Both the position numbers and the translations under genes were made by a program. A DNA stretch of 64,000 nt from a virus (lineage: Duplodnaviria; Caudoviricetes), in IMG/VR virus record IMGVR_UViG_3300014720_000033, positions 531 to 64,530 of that record, one strand, 5' to 3'. The notes beneath the pieces were generated by a model. The model had not been told where the DNA came from, ran no database searches, and worked only from the letters and a program-made list of their open reading frames with translations. Position 1 is the first letter of the stretch; each line of letters opens with the position of its first letter. Shown in pieces: positions 29,754-38,738 of this stretch.

Positions 29754-30338
29754 TCACTTGCTGAATTTTTCTTTGAGTGATCCAGGCTGGGCGGTCTTCT
29801 TGAGGAAAGTATCCTTCAGTGAACCAGGCAGTGGTGCAGACTCCACTTGAATCTTTTGAGGCTCAGGAGGAGTGACGGGAGAAGCGACTTTGGCAACAGG
29901 CTTCTGCTCAAATTTAATGGTGGCAACTGCGGGTGGAGGAGCAGCAACAGGCTTTATGACAGATATTGGCGCTGCAGTCACAGTGACCTCAGGTTTGACG
30001 GCCTTTCGTACGACCTGTATCGTCTCTGCTACGACAGAGAGAGTCTTCTTGAAGTTGATCTGGAACTGAAGAGGAGCGAAGTAGCGGTTGTCGACAAGGA
30101 CCTCTACACGGGCGTCGTACGTACCCTCGGTGATCTTCTTGTCCATCCTCGGGAGAGTAAACTGCACCACCTCGTCCTCACCGGTGCCGTAACCGTTGAA
30201 CATGTAGGCGAAGTCTTCGTTCTCACATACGAGTCTCACCTTGGCGGGAGACATTGCTGTTCCCTCCATCTTGATTTTGAACGTGAGGTCGTTACTCTCT
30301 TCGATGTCTAATTGTATCGTTTCTGTCAGCGGTTCCAT
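29754..30338 (-). CDS. Hypothetical protein (N-terminal beta domain, Pro-rich tail)
   Basis: 194-aa ORF; ATATGTA motif variant 6 nt before the ATG. Confidence 0.65.
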   Translation of the reverse strand: MEPLTETIQLDIEESNDLTFKIKMEGTAMSPAKVRLVCENEDFAYMFNGYGTGEDEVVQFTLPRMDKKITEGTYDARVEVLVDNRYFAPLQFQINFKKTLSVVAETIQVVRKAVKPEVTVTAAPISVIKPVAAPPPAVATIKFEQKPVAKVASPVTPPEPQKIQVESAPLPGSLKDTFLKKTAQPGSLKEKFSK

Positions 30339-30354
30339 CGCAGATACATATCAC

Positions 30355-30714
30355 TCACTTTATCCTCTTTACCGTGATCTTGAGGTCTTCTAGCGCAGAT
30401 CTGACACGCACGGAGGCCCTACTGATGAGAACTGCTGCTATCTGGGACGTCTTGGATATTCTCACCTTAATCGAACCCGAGATAGGAATGGGAGGTTTCT
30501 CGTCATTTATTCTGATCAGTTTGGCCCAGACCATCACCTCTTGGAGTTCTTGAAGTGCCCGTTTCGTGCCACTCTGACCCGCTCGATAGATGCGGATCGC
30601 TTGTCGCTTGACCTCCTCAAAGAAACCTCCAAGTCCTTGCGATATCAACGCAGCTCTTCCTGGGACGCCGCCTGTGACAGGTCCCATGCCGCGAGTCACC
30701 AACTTGTTTCCCAT
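30355..30714 (-). CDS. Hypothetical protein
   Basis: 119-aa ORF coupled to the upstream gene by a TGATG overlap. Confidence 0.6.
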   Translation of the reverse strand: MGNKLVTRGMGPVTGGVPGRAALISQGLGGFFEEVKRQAIRIYRAGQSGTKRALQELQEVMVWAKLIRINDEKPPIPISGSIKVRISKTSQIAAVLISRASVRVRSALEDLKITVKRIK

Positions 30715-31208
30715 CAGACCTTGACTCTCTCAAAGACAGCATCCATCGTTGGATTGCCGGCATCGTCGAAGAGGTCGAAACGAACAACCTCGGTCGTGTT
30801 GTCGTCTTTGTAGAAGATCATCTGATTGTTCACTATCCTCCAGCGACCGAACTGTATGTCGTAGATTGAATTGAGAGTGCCCGTCATGGACGTGACGACG
30901 TCGTATATCTCATCGATCTTGGCTGTATCTATCGTGACAGCTGCAGAACCGTTGTACTCTTCGGTGGCATAAGAAGCTGTCAGAAAATAATGATCTCCGG
31001 TGTCCCAGAGTATCTGTCCCTTGAAATTGTCTGGGAAAGACACATATGCAGCGTATATACCGGGTGCGGTCTGGTAGACTCCCGTGGTCGTCCTTGACTC
31101 AACGACGGTCCCATCTGTTCCCAAGAGAGAATAACCGACACCAAGAGATCCTGTTGCATCGTACTTCGATCTTCCAAAATTGACGTTCTGCAGAAGCTGT
31201 GTAGGCAT
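30714..31208 (-). CDS. Hypothetical (probably structural) protein; start corrected to MPTQLL at 31208
   Basis: TATAAT 6 nt before ATG 31208; the longer track start lies inside a terminator. Confidence 0.65.
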   Translation of the reverse strand: MPTQLLQNVNFGRSKYDATGSLGVGYSLLGTDGTVVESRTTTGVYQTAPGIYAAYVSFPDNFKGQILWDTGDHYFLTASYATEEYNGSAAVTIDTAKIDEIYDVVTSMTGTLNSIYDIQFGRWRIVNNQMIFYKDDNTTEVVRFDLFDDAGNPTMDAVFERVKV

Positions 31209-31224
31209 GTGAAAATTATAACCT

Positions 31225-31258
31225 AAAAGAAAAACGGAGGCCCACAAGAACCTCCGCT
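31225..31258 (-). terminator. Intrinsic terminator
   Basis: GCGGAGGTTC-TTGT-GGGCCTCCG followed by TTTTTCTTTT on the minus strand. Confidence 0.7.
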
Positions 31259-31277
31259 TTCACAATTTACTCGACGA

Positions 31278-31481
31278 TCAGAAGACTGACGGAGGAGACG
31301 AAGTCACTGAGTCGGTGATCTGAGTGCCCGACTGTGCTTCAGGCTGCTTAAACACTGCGATCGCCTCGGCGACGAGTGATGCCTGCTCGAGCGTGAAGGC
31401 GCCGCGGGCTTGAGCGAGTCTCGCCGCCTCGACCAGTACGTTCAATGCCTTGTTCTGCTTCTCGACCAATTCGTTGTCCAT
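31278..31481 (-). CDS. Small hypothetical protein; start corrected to MDNELVEK
   Basis: GAGGT RBS upstream; LAQARGAFTLEQAS motif. Confidence 0.6.
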   Translation of the reverse strand: MDNELVEKQNKALNVLVEAARLAQARGAFTLEQASLVAEAIAVFKQPEAQSGTQITDSVTSSPPSVF

Positions 31482-31571
31482 GTGATTAACCTCTGAGTTT
31501 GACGTTAGCACTAAGAAACTAAACACGGTTCGGGTGACGTAAACGGCAAATAGTATATTATAGTTACAGCG

Positions 31572-32246
31572 ATGGGCAAGCACTTCTCACCTAGAATAGT
31601 CACCGAAGGAATGGTGTTGTGCCTCGATGCCGGGAACAGGGAGAGTTACCCAGGAAGCGGCGCGTCTTGGTTAAACTTGGCAAGCAATGCGAGAAATGCC
31701 TCTCTAGTAAATGCTCCATCTTACGACACGAGAAACTTGGGCTATCTGTCTTTCAATGGATCCACGCAAAGCGGTACTGTGACTTCACCGGGCGTGTCCG
31801 GGCAAAATATAACGGCAAACATTTGGTGTTACCCAACTACGTCTGGGAATTTCATGACTCCGTTGACAAACATGACTTTTGACAGTTCGACGGTTGGCTA
31901 TGCAATTCAACAGAGAAACAATGGAACTTTCTGGGTGACGGTAGGGGTCTGGGGTGTCTCGGGAGATACTGTGTCTAGCATTCCGTATTCAGCGAACCAG
32001 TGGATAAATTTGACGATGACATACAATGGTTCTACAATTACGGCCTACAAAAATGGCGATGTATTTGGCACTGCTGCAAGTACGAGGACATTCGTTGAAG
32101 GTACTCTTACACTTGGTAAAGGCGCAATAAGCGCATCAGAGTACTTCACGGGAGGTCTATCTATAGTTCAGCTGTACAACAGGGCGCTCACCGCAGCAGA
32201 AGTCTCACAGAACTTCAGCGCTCACAGGGGAAGGTTCGGAATCTGA
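31572..32246 (+). CDS. LamG/concanavalin A-like lectin domain protein, array unit 1
   Basis: IVTEGMVLCLDAGNRESYPGSG..W, W.NL.MTY, LYNRALTAAEVSQNF..RGRFGI. Confidence 0.85.
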   Translation: MGKHFSPRIVTEGMVLCLDAGNRESYPGSGASWLNLASNARNASLVNAPSYDTRNLGYLSFNGSTQSGTVTSPGVSGQNITANIWCYPTTSGNFMTPLTNMTFDSSTVGYAIQQRNNGTFWVTVGVWGVSGDTVSSIPYSANQWINLTMTYNGSTITAYKNGDVFGTAASTRTFVEGTLTLGKGAISASEYFTGGLSIVQLYNRALTAAEVSQNFSAHRGRFGI

Positions 32247-32284
32247 TGCAACACGGTGAAAGCCAAAAGAGAGCGAGGAGCTGA
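32246..32284 (+). other. 12-codon bridging mini-ORF MQHGESQKRARS
   Basis: Its ATG overlaps the unit 1 stop (TGATG) and its TGA overlaps the unit 2 start (TGATG); contains AGGAG. Confidence 0.45.
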
Positions 32285-33000
32285 TGGCAGGTGCTTACTA
32301 CCCGAGAATTGTCACAGATGGTTTAGCGTTGTGTCTCGACGTGGGTAACAGAGAGAGTTATCCTGGGAGCGGGACTGTGTGGAATGACTTGAGTTTGAAC
32401 AGTAAGAACGGTGTGTTGAGTGGAGGAACCACTTATAATATTGCCAGTCTAGGATCGATAACTTTCAACGGTGTAGACGCAATCAGTGTACATGGAGCAT
32501 TGCCAGGTTCTTTCGCAACCTTCACGGTGTCTGTGTGGTTTTTCCCACTTACTTTCACGAACTGGCAGAATGTCATAGACTGCAACTACGCTTACAACGG
32601 CACGACAGGCAACATTGGCCCCCGGTTCGAAATAGACGGTTCTGGTGGCGGCGGATGGAATTATTCCGACATAACGAACAACAATGACAGGTATTACGGT
32701 CATTCCTCAGGTCAAATGCAGTTAAACAGGTGGAACAACAGCACGATCACATACGTTGGATCCAACAGTTTCATCTACTACAACGGATCATCAACGGGAA
32801 CTGTTCGAAGTGTGGGATCAGGGGGAGCTCCGACAGGTTTCATCGGGTCCATGAACAACGTGTACATTGGGAGGGGTTTCTCTTTGGCAACTAGATTCTT
32901 CAACGGACGTGTCTCACACGTGACGATATATAACAGGGCTCTCACCGCCGCAGAAGTCTCACAGAACTTCAGCGCGACGAGAGGAAGGTTCGGCATCTGA
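32284..33000 (+). CDS. LamG/ConA-like lectin protein, unit 2
   Basis: Same conserved N- and C-terminal motifs as unit 1. Confidence 0.85.
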   Translation: MAGAYYPRIVTDGLALCLDVGNRESYPGSGTVWNDLSLNSKNGVLSGGTTYNIASLGSITFNGVDAISVHGALPGSFATFTVSVWFFPLTFTNWQNVIDCNYAYNGTTGNIGPRFEIDGSGGGGWNYSDITNNNDRYYGHSSGQMQLNRWNNSTITYVGSNSFIYYNGSSTGTVRSVGSGGAPTGFIGSMNNVYIGRGFSLATRFFNGRVSHVTIYNRALTAAEVSQNFSATRGRFGI

Positions 33001-33704
33001 TGGCAAGTTCATACTATCCAAAGATCGTGACGTCAGGGATGGTCCTGTACCTCGATGCGGGAAACAGGGACAGTTATGCAGGAAGCGGGACAACGTGGAG
33101 GGACTTGAGCGGCAGAGGTAACAACGGGACTCTGACCAACTCTCCCACGTTCAGTACATCAGCGCTAGGAGCAATATCGTTCGGAGGAAACACGAGTCAC
33201 GTCACGGTCCCTGACTCGAACGACTGGACAAACTCAGAGTTCATGATGGACGTGTGGTTCAACAGGAGCGGTGCGTGGCCGTCCGCATGGGAACGCGATG
33301 CTCTTCTCTCTCACGATGAGGGTGGAGGTAACTTCTCGAAGTGGATATATTCATACGATATCTCGAAGAGCAAACCCATCTTTCACATCAACTACGCTCC
33401 CAGCACCAACGTTGTGATAGAACCCTCGAGCACGGTTTCCCTCTCCCTCTCCACGTGGTACAACTTCTCCATCACGAAGAGCGGAACCTCGTTCACTTTC
33501 TACTCCAACGGTGCCTCCCTCGGAAGCGCAACGAACTCATCGCTAATACCTAATGCAGCTGCTCCCTTGCGTATCGGAACTGGTGAAGGTAGTAGTCCTT
33601 ACTTCAACGGTCAAATATCTACTGTGCGGATCTACAATCGGGCACTCAGCGCCGCAGAAGTCCTCCAAAACTTCAACGCGATGAGGGGAAGGTTCAGGGT
33701 CTGA
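33000..33704 (+). CDS. LamG/ConA-like lectin protein, unit 3
   Basis: LYLDAGN..SY.GSGTTW, IYNRALSAAEVLQNFNAMRGRF. Confidence 0.85.
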   Translation: MASSYYPKIVTSGMVLYLDAGNRDSYAGSGTTWRDLSGRGNNGTLTNSPTFSTSALGAISFGGNTSHVTVPDSNDWTNSEFMMDVWFNRSGAWPSAWERDALLSHDEGGGNFSKWIYSYDISKSKPIFHINYAPSTNVVIEPSSTVSLSLSTWYNFSITKSGTSFTFYSNGASLGSATNSSLIPNAAAPLRIGTGEGSSPYFNGQISTVRIYNRALSAAEVLQNFNAMRGRFRV

Positions 33705-34402
33705 TGATATCCTCAGGCCCAAAGATGGTGATCGACAGCAGCCTCATGTTGTACCTCGATGCAGGCAACCGGGCGAGCTATCCAGGAAGCGGGACAACGT
33801 GGAGTGATTTGAGCGGGAATGGTCGGAATGGAACGCTTACAAATAGTCCGTCTTATAGCGGATCAAACTTGGGGTATCTTACATTTACTAACGGATCAAG
33901 CACGTGGGTCAACACTAGCATTACAACTTCAAATTTAAATACTAGTTCTGACTATACAATCTGTTGCTGGTGTTATCTTAATCCCACAGTAACATCAGCA
34001 AGTCAATCAATAGTTTATTTTGGTAATTTCCTAGCGTACGCTCCAAACTATCACTGGGTTGGTATTTCCTACAATACAGGAAATGTTAGCTTTAGAACTT
34101 TCGACGGAACAGAAACAGTAACTAGTTATTCTGTTCCCGTTGAAGGTTGGTACATGTTGTCTGGTGTGAGAAGCAGCACATCACAATTGTTTTATGTGCA
34201 AAATTCTCTTTCGTCTTCTGGTACAGTTAGGAGCCCGAGTATTAACTCTTCTGCAACTCTAAGATTGGGCGGGAATCAATCTCTTAACAGTGCAGATTTT
34301 TACACAGGCAGAATTTCTACACTTATAATCCACAACCGCGCACTCAGCGCCGCAGAGATATCGAGGAACTACGTTGCGATGAGAGGAAGGTACGGTCTAT
34401 AA
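33704..34402 (+). CDS. LamG/ConA-like lectin protein, unit 4
   Basis: Conserved termini; visibly AT-rich core. Confidence 0.85.
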   Translation: MISSGPKMVIDSSLMLYLDAGNRASYPGSGTTWSDLSGNGRNGTLTNSPSYSGSNLGYLTFTNGSSTWVNTSITTSNLNTSSDYTICCWCYLNPTVTSASQSIVYFGNFLAYAPNYHWVGISYNTGNVSFRTFDGTETVTSYSVPVEGWYMLSGVRSSTSQLFYVQNSLSSSGTVRSPSINSSATLRLGGNQSLNSADFYTGRISTLIIHNRALSAAEISRNYVAMRGRYGL

Positions 34403-35124
34403 TGGCACAACATCACATGCCCAAGCTGGTCACAAGCGGTCTAGTGCTGTACCTCGATGCAGCGAATAGAGAGAGCTACTCGGGGAGCGGAAATTCTTGG
34501 AGAGATCTTGGCGCCAGTAGATTCAGAGGGACTCTTGTAAACAGTCCCACATACGGTCAAGATAACTGCGGATCGATTGCTTTTAACGGAAGCACGCAAT
34601 ACGCAAATTTGGATTCAACGGCGCTAGGAGCAACTTCTGACTGGACCATCTCCTCATGGGTGTCAATATCTTCACTCATAAGTACACAAGGTAATGAGTA
34701 TGTCATGTTTTCTCAATACTCTGCAGGGTCAGGAAACGGAAGATTTTTGTTTGGCTTAAGGTACGATTCTGCAGGAACGAACAACAAGTTTGGCATGCTG
34801 TTGGGGGATAGAACAAGCCCTGCTTACTCAAGCCAACTCCTGTATGGAACAACAACACCAATCGTGAACGTTCCTTACAATGTGGCTGCAACCAGATCGG
34901 GAAACGTTTTCAGCATCTACGTGAATGGAAACTTGGAAATGACGCAAACTTTCTCTTCGTTCACGGTAACGCTTCTTCAAACCACCAATCAGTTAGGGAC
35001 TGCAGGAATTAGTGGTACGTATTTCAACGGAAAAATGTTCTCCACGATTGTATATAACAAATCACTCACTTCATCAGAAGTCCTCCAAAACTTCAACGCG
35101 ATGAGGGGAAGGTTCAGGGTCTGA
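34402..35124 (+). CDS. LamG/ConA-like lectin protein, unit 5
   Basis: Conserved termini; 3' 52 nt identical to unit 3. Confidence 0.85.
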   Translation: MAQHHMPKLVTSGLVLYLDAANRESYSGSGNSWRDLGASRFRGTLVNSPTYGQDNCGSIAFNGSTQYANLDSTALGATSDWTISSWVSISSLISTQGNEYVMFSQYSAGSGNGRFLFGLRYDSAGTNNKFGMLLGDRTSPAYSSQLLYGTTTPIVNVPYNVAATRSGNVFSIYVNGNLEMTQTFSSFTVTLLQTTNQLGTAGISGTYFNGKMFSTIVYNKSLTSSEVLQNFNAMRGRFRV

Positions 35125-35864
35125 TGGGTGGCAGCGTTGGCTATCGAATTGTAAAGAGCGGCCTAACGATGAACCTCGATGCCGGTGATAACAACAGTTA
35201 CCCGAGATCGGGAGCAATTTGGACTGATCTCAGTGGCAACGGTTACAATGCCACTCTCGCCAACAACTTCACTTATGACGCTGGAAATGGGTTTGGAAGA
35301 GGAGCGATACAGTTTGATCAGTTGGACGACTACGCGACATTCTCTCCGGCGGCGTATCCGTCGGGTACAAGTGACTTCGCGATAGAGACTTGGTTATATC
35401 TCATCTCCAACCTCAGCTACTTGGGAAGCTTTGTAAATTACACGGGTTATATTTGCACAGGAAATGCTTCGGGTACAATAGCTTTGTACATTCAATCTTC
35501 TGGGACCGGCACATCTGTCCCGTCCAGGATCGGATTCGAGAGGATGGGCGGAGGAGTCGGAGCGAGTTTCTCAAGTCTAACGATTCCTACACTGACTTGG
35601 CACAACATATGTCTAACAAGAGTGTCAGGAACTACTAACTGCTATCTCAATGGAAGTCTAGTGGGGACTAGTGCAGTCTTGAGCGGCGTCAGCATAACAG
35701 CAGCACCCACGTCTGCTCTAATCGCTCAGAACACCGTATTTGCAGGTTATTATGGACCGTTGCCTGCAAGAGTCAGCAGCTTCAGGACGTACATAGGACG
35801 AGGTCTCACGCAGACTGAAGTCACACAAAACTACGAATCTCTCAGAGGAAGGTTTGGAGTGTGA
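35124..35864 (+). CDS. LamG/ConA-like lectin protein, unit 6
   Basis: LDAGDNNSYP, TWHNICLTR, GRGLTQTEVTQNY..RGRFGV. Confidence 0.85.
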   Translation: MGGSVGYRIVKSGLTMNLDAGDNNSYPRSGAIWTDLSGNGYNATLANNFTYDAGNGFGRGAIQFDQLDDYATFSPAAYPSGTSDFAIETWLYLISNLSYLGSFVNYTGYICTGNASGTIALYIQSSGTGTSVPSRIGFERMGGGVGASFSSLTIPTLTWHNICLTRVSGTTNCYLNGSLVGTSAVLSGVSITAAPTSALIAQNTVFAGYYGPLPARVSSFRTYIGRGLTQTEVTQNYESLRGRFGV

Positions 35865-36580
35865 TGGCAACTCAAGGTGGAAGAAAGCTGGAGTTCGTCC
35901 CGGGTTACTCCGTATTTCTTGACGGAACGATACCCGAGAGTTACGGAGGTTCTGGGTCCACTTGGACTAACTTGTCGGGCAACGGCAACAACTGCGGCCT
36001 AGTGAACGGTCCTACCTATTTAATCACTCCTGCGGGAGCAGGCTTCCTGAACTTTAACGGCAGCAGTCAATACGGATCGATTGGAGAGCTGGGTCTCGGA
36101 GGAAACTTCACGCTAATTGCGTGGGTCAAGAAGAACAACTCGTCATCCGAAGGCTACTTCATAGGCGCAGGCTGGCAGAGCGCAATCAATGCAGTCAACT
36201 TCGGGGTCACGGGACTTACGCCCACGTTAAACAGCGGGTGGGGATGGGGCAACAGAAAAGAAGTTGCTGCTGGTGTGATAGACACGAGTCGTTGGCACCA
36301 CTTGTGCGCCGTAAAGTCTTCGGGAGTCGGATACGTTTACGTCAATGGACTGCTGCAAGGAAGCGGAGTCTTCAATCCAGGTTACGACAACTTCGGTGCT
36401 GCGGCGACTTCATTCATCGGAAGGAGCGCATACGAGTCACCAGACTTCCATGGAGACCCAGGTGATTACCGCTACTTTGGCGGATCTTTGGGGATGGTTC
36501 TCATCTACAACGGTGTAGTTCTGTCGAGCGGTCAAGTCCTCGATAATTACAATCAGACCAAGGGAAGGTTCGGTCGTTAA
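35864..36580 (+). CDS. LamG/ConA-like lectin protein, unit 7
   Basis: LDGTIPESYGGSG.TW, RWHHLCAV, IYNG..L...QV..NYNQTKGRFG; ATG at 35864 in a TGATG overlap. Confidence 0.85.
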   Translation: MATQGGRKLEFVPGYSVFLDGTIPESYGGSGSTWTNLSGNGNNCGLVNGPTYLITPAGAGFLNFNGSSQYGSIGELGLGGNFTLIAWVKKNNSSSEGYFIGAGWQSAINAVNFGVTGLTPTLNSGWGWGNRKEVAAGVIDTSRWHHLCAVKSSGVGYVYVNGLLQGSGVFNPGYDNFGAAATSFIGRSAYESPDFHGDPGDYRYFGGSLGMVLIYNGVVLSSGQVLDNYNQTKGRFGR

Positions 36581-37305
36581 TGGCGTATCAAGTAGGAAGC
36601 AATTTCAAGCCAACATCAGGCTACACCCTGTTCTTCGATGCCACAATACCAGAAAGCTACGGTGGGTCTGGTACAACGTGGACAAATCTGTCTAGCGACG
36701 GCAACAACTGTTCTCTTGTGAATGGGCCTCAGTTCGTCAGACTTCCTACAGGCGCAGGAAGTTTCACGTTCAACGGATCTAGTCAGTACGGTCAAGTCTC
36801 TGTCGTCAACTTGAACGGTAGCTTCACAATGACCACATGGGTGAACAAGAGTGACACGTCAAGCACAGGCTGGATATATGGTGGAGGATGGACAGCTACA
36901 CAAGACAGTAGAGGCTTAGGAGTCGCACTGGGAGTGGACGGAAGCCGTCTATACTTAACGGCCTGGGCAATATGGGACGGAACTGCGACTGCGAGTAACA
37001 TCACGTCGAGTTACAATCTCATACAAGCGAACAGATGGTACAATGTTGCCGTGGTGCAGGACGGCGGATCTAGATTTGCAAGACTCTACCTCGACGGTGT
37101 GGAAGTTGGAAGCGGCGGGTATTACAACGCACTGTACTACACGACGGGCGGAGCTTCAGTCAACTTCATAGGTCAAAGGTCACACCCGGGTGGTGATCAC
37201 TGGGGCGGGTCGATAGGACAGGTGCTCGTCTACAACGGCGTCATGTTGACACAACAACAACTTGTTGACCACTTCAATCAGACCAAAGCAAGGTATGGAC
37301 GGTAA
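36580..37305 (+). CDS. LamG/ConA-like lectin protein, unit 8
   Basis: Same subfamily termini as unit 7 (DATIPESYGGSG, NQTKARYG). Confidence 0.85.
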   Translation: MAYQVGSNFKPTSGYTLFFDATIPESYGGSGTTWTNLSSDGNNCSLVNGPQFVRLPTGAGSFTFNGSSQYGQVSVVNLNGSFTMTTWVNKSDTSSTGWIYGGGWTATQDSRGLGVALGVDGSRLYLTAWAIWDGTATASNITSSYNLIQANRWYNVAVVQDGGSRFARLYLDGVEVGSGGYYNALYYTTGGASVNFIGQRSHPGGDHWGGSIGQVLVYNGVMLTQQQLVDHFNQTKARYGR

Positions 37306-37991
37306 TGGGAATCGGCGGAGGCGCACAAATAGTCAAGAGCGGTCTCGTGTTGGCACTGGATGCAGCAGACATCGCGAGTCACCCTGGCAGCGGAACGGCC
37401 TGGTATGATCTCGTGAAGGGAAGCGCAGGTTCATATCAAAACGGTCCAACTTTCAGCAGTGATTACGGCGGGACCATGAACTTCGCGGGGCTCAATACCT
37501 ACGTTTACATGCCGAACGACTCCACGTACTCATTCGGAACAGGAGATTTCACGATAGAGACGTGGGTGTGGATGAACTCGATCAACTCTGGAGGATCTGT
37601 TCCAACGCCTTTCCTTCAAAGCGATCCCGTCGCAGGATCAACTGCAGACAAGTGGTGGTTCGCTTATTTCTCAAGCGGATTGTACTTCGCGAAACACTCG
37701 GGAGGTGGATCCGTTTTCTGCTCGTGGTCACCGTCGACGAGCAGGTGGTTCAACATTGTTGCGTCTCGAACCTCTTCCACCTACTCCCTCTACATCAACG
37801 GTGCATCACAAGCGGTGCAGGGAAGCATCACCAACTCCACCATGGGGCAGAACGGAATCTCGATCGGTGGAATAAGCACACCCTATTGGTTGAATGGCAA
37901 GATAAGCGTGGTGAAGATGTACAATCGCGGTCTCACCGCAGCAGAAGTCTCACAGAACTACAATTCAATTCGCGCGAGGTTCGGAGTCTGA
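37305..37991 (+). CDS. LamG/ConA-like lectin protein, unit 9
   Basis: LVLALDAA, FGTGDFTIETWV, YNRGLTAAEVSQNY. Confidence 0.85.
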   Translation: MGIGGGAQIVKSGLVLALDAADIASHPGSGTAWYDLVKGSAGSYQNGPTFSSDYGGTMNFAGLNTYVYMPNDSTYSFGTGDFTIETWVWMNSINSGGSVPTPFLQSDPVAGSTADKWWFAYFSSGLYFAKHSGGGSVFCSWSPSTSRWFNIVASRTSSTYSLYINGASQAVQGSITNSTMGQNGISIGGISTPYWLNGKISVVKMYNRGLTAAEVSQNYNSIRARFGV

Positions 37992-37992
37992 C

Positions 37993-38694
37993 ATGGCTTA
38001 TCGGTTTGGAAACGGAAAGATAGTTCGAGACACTAGCCTGATCCTGCTTCTCGATGCCGCAGACAAGAACAGCTACAGAGGGACAGGGACGTCCTGGGTC
38101 GACCTGAACAACAACGGCACGGTGGCGACCCTGTCAGGGACTCCGACCTTCAGCGAGGCAGCGGGAGGAGGATTGTTTCTCAACGGAACGAACCAGTACG
38201 CGACCATTGGTACGAACTCTCTGTACTATTTCAGCAGCAACAATCCGTTCACTCTGTGCGCCTGGGTTAGACCTAGCAGTGTCAGTTTGTCAGAGCAATC
38301 CATATTGGGACGATACAACGGCGGAGTGCTGGGTAATTACATTCTCTCTATAAAAAACAACAAGGCAGTCATTGAGAGAGAAGTATCACCTTACAGCACT
38401 ACGTCCACCACCAGCTTGTTAGCTGGTTTGACATATAACCTCTGCGGAGTGTACAACGGATCCACACAGAGGCTCTACATCAACGGTGTGCTTGACCCGT
38501 CTTCCACTTCGACAGGAGCGATCGGATGGGACCAGTCAAATGTGTCGTTGCTAGTCGGGGCAAGGCAACAAAATGGAAGCCCAGCTGCCTACTTCGGAGG
38601 TTCTATCTATCAAGTATCGATATACAACAGGGCGTTAAGCGCTGCAGAGATACTCCAGAACTTCACGGCGCTACGAGGAAGGTTTGGCGTCTAA
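37993..38694 (+). CDS. LamG/ConA-like lectin protein, unit 10
   Basis: LLLDAADKNSY, FTLCAWVRP, IYNRALSAAEILQNF..RGRFGV. Confidence 0.85.
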   Translation: MAYRFGNGKIVRDTSLILLLDAADKNSYRGTGTSWVDLNNNGTVATLSGTPTFSEAAGGGLFLNGTNQYATIGTNSLYYFSSNNPFTLCAWVRPSSVSLSEQSILGRYNGGVLGNYILSIKNNKAVIEREVSPYSTTSTTSLLAGLTYNLCGVYNGSTQRLYINGVLDPSSTSTGAIGWDQSNVSLLVGARQQNGSPAAYFGGSIYQVSIYNRALSAAEILQNFTALRGRFGV

Positions 38695-38738
38695 ATCCGA
38701 AACAAATATGGACACCACATCGTAATATTTAAGACGTC

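Noticed and set aside
31572-38694. Diversity-generating retroelement or CRISPR-like array behind the repeated lectin ends
   Set aside because: No reverse transcriptase, no adenine-specific template/variable pair seen, and the repeats are coding ends about 700 nt apart rather than short spacers.
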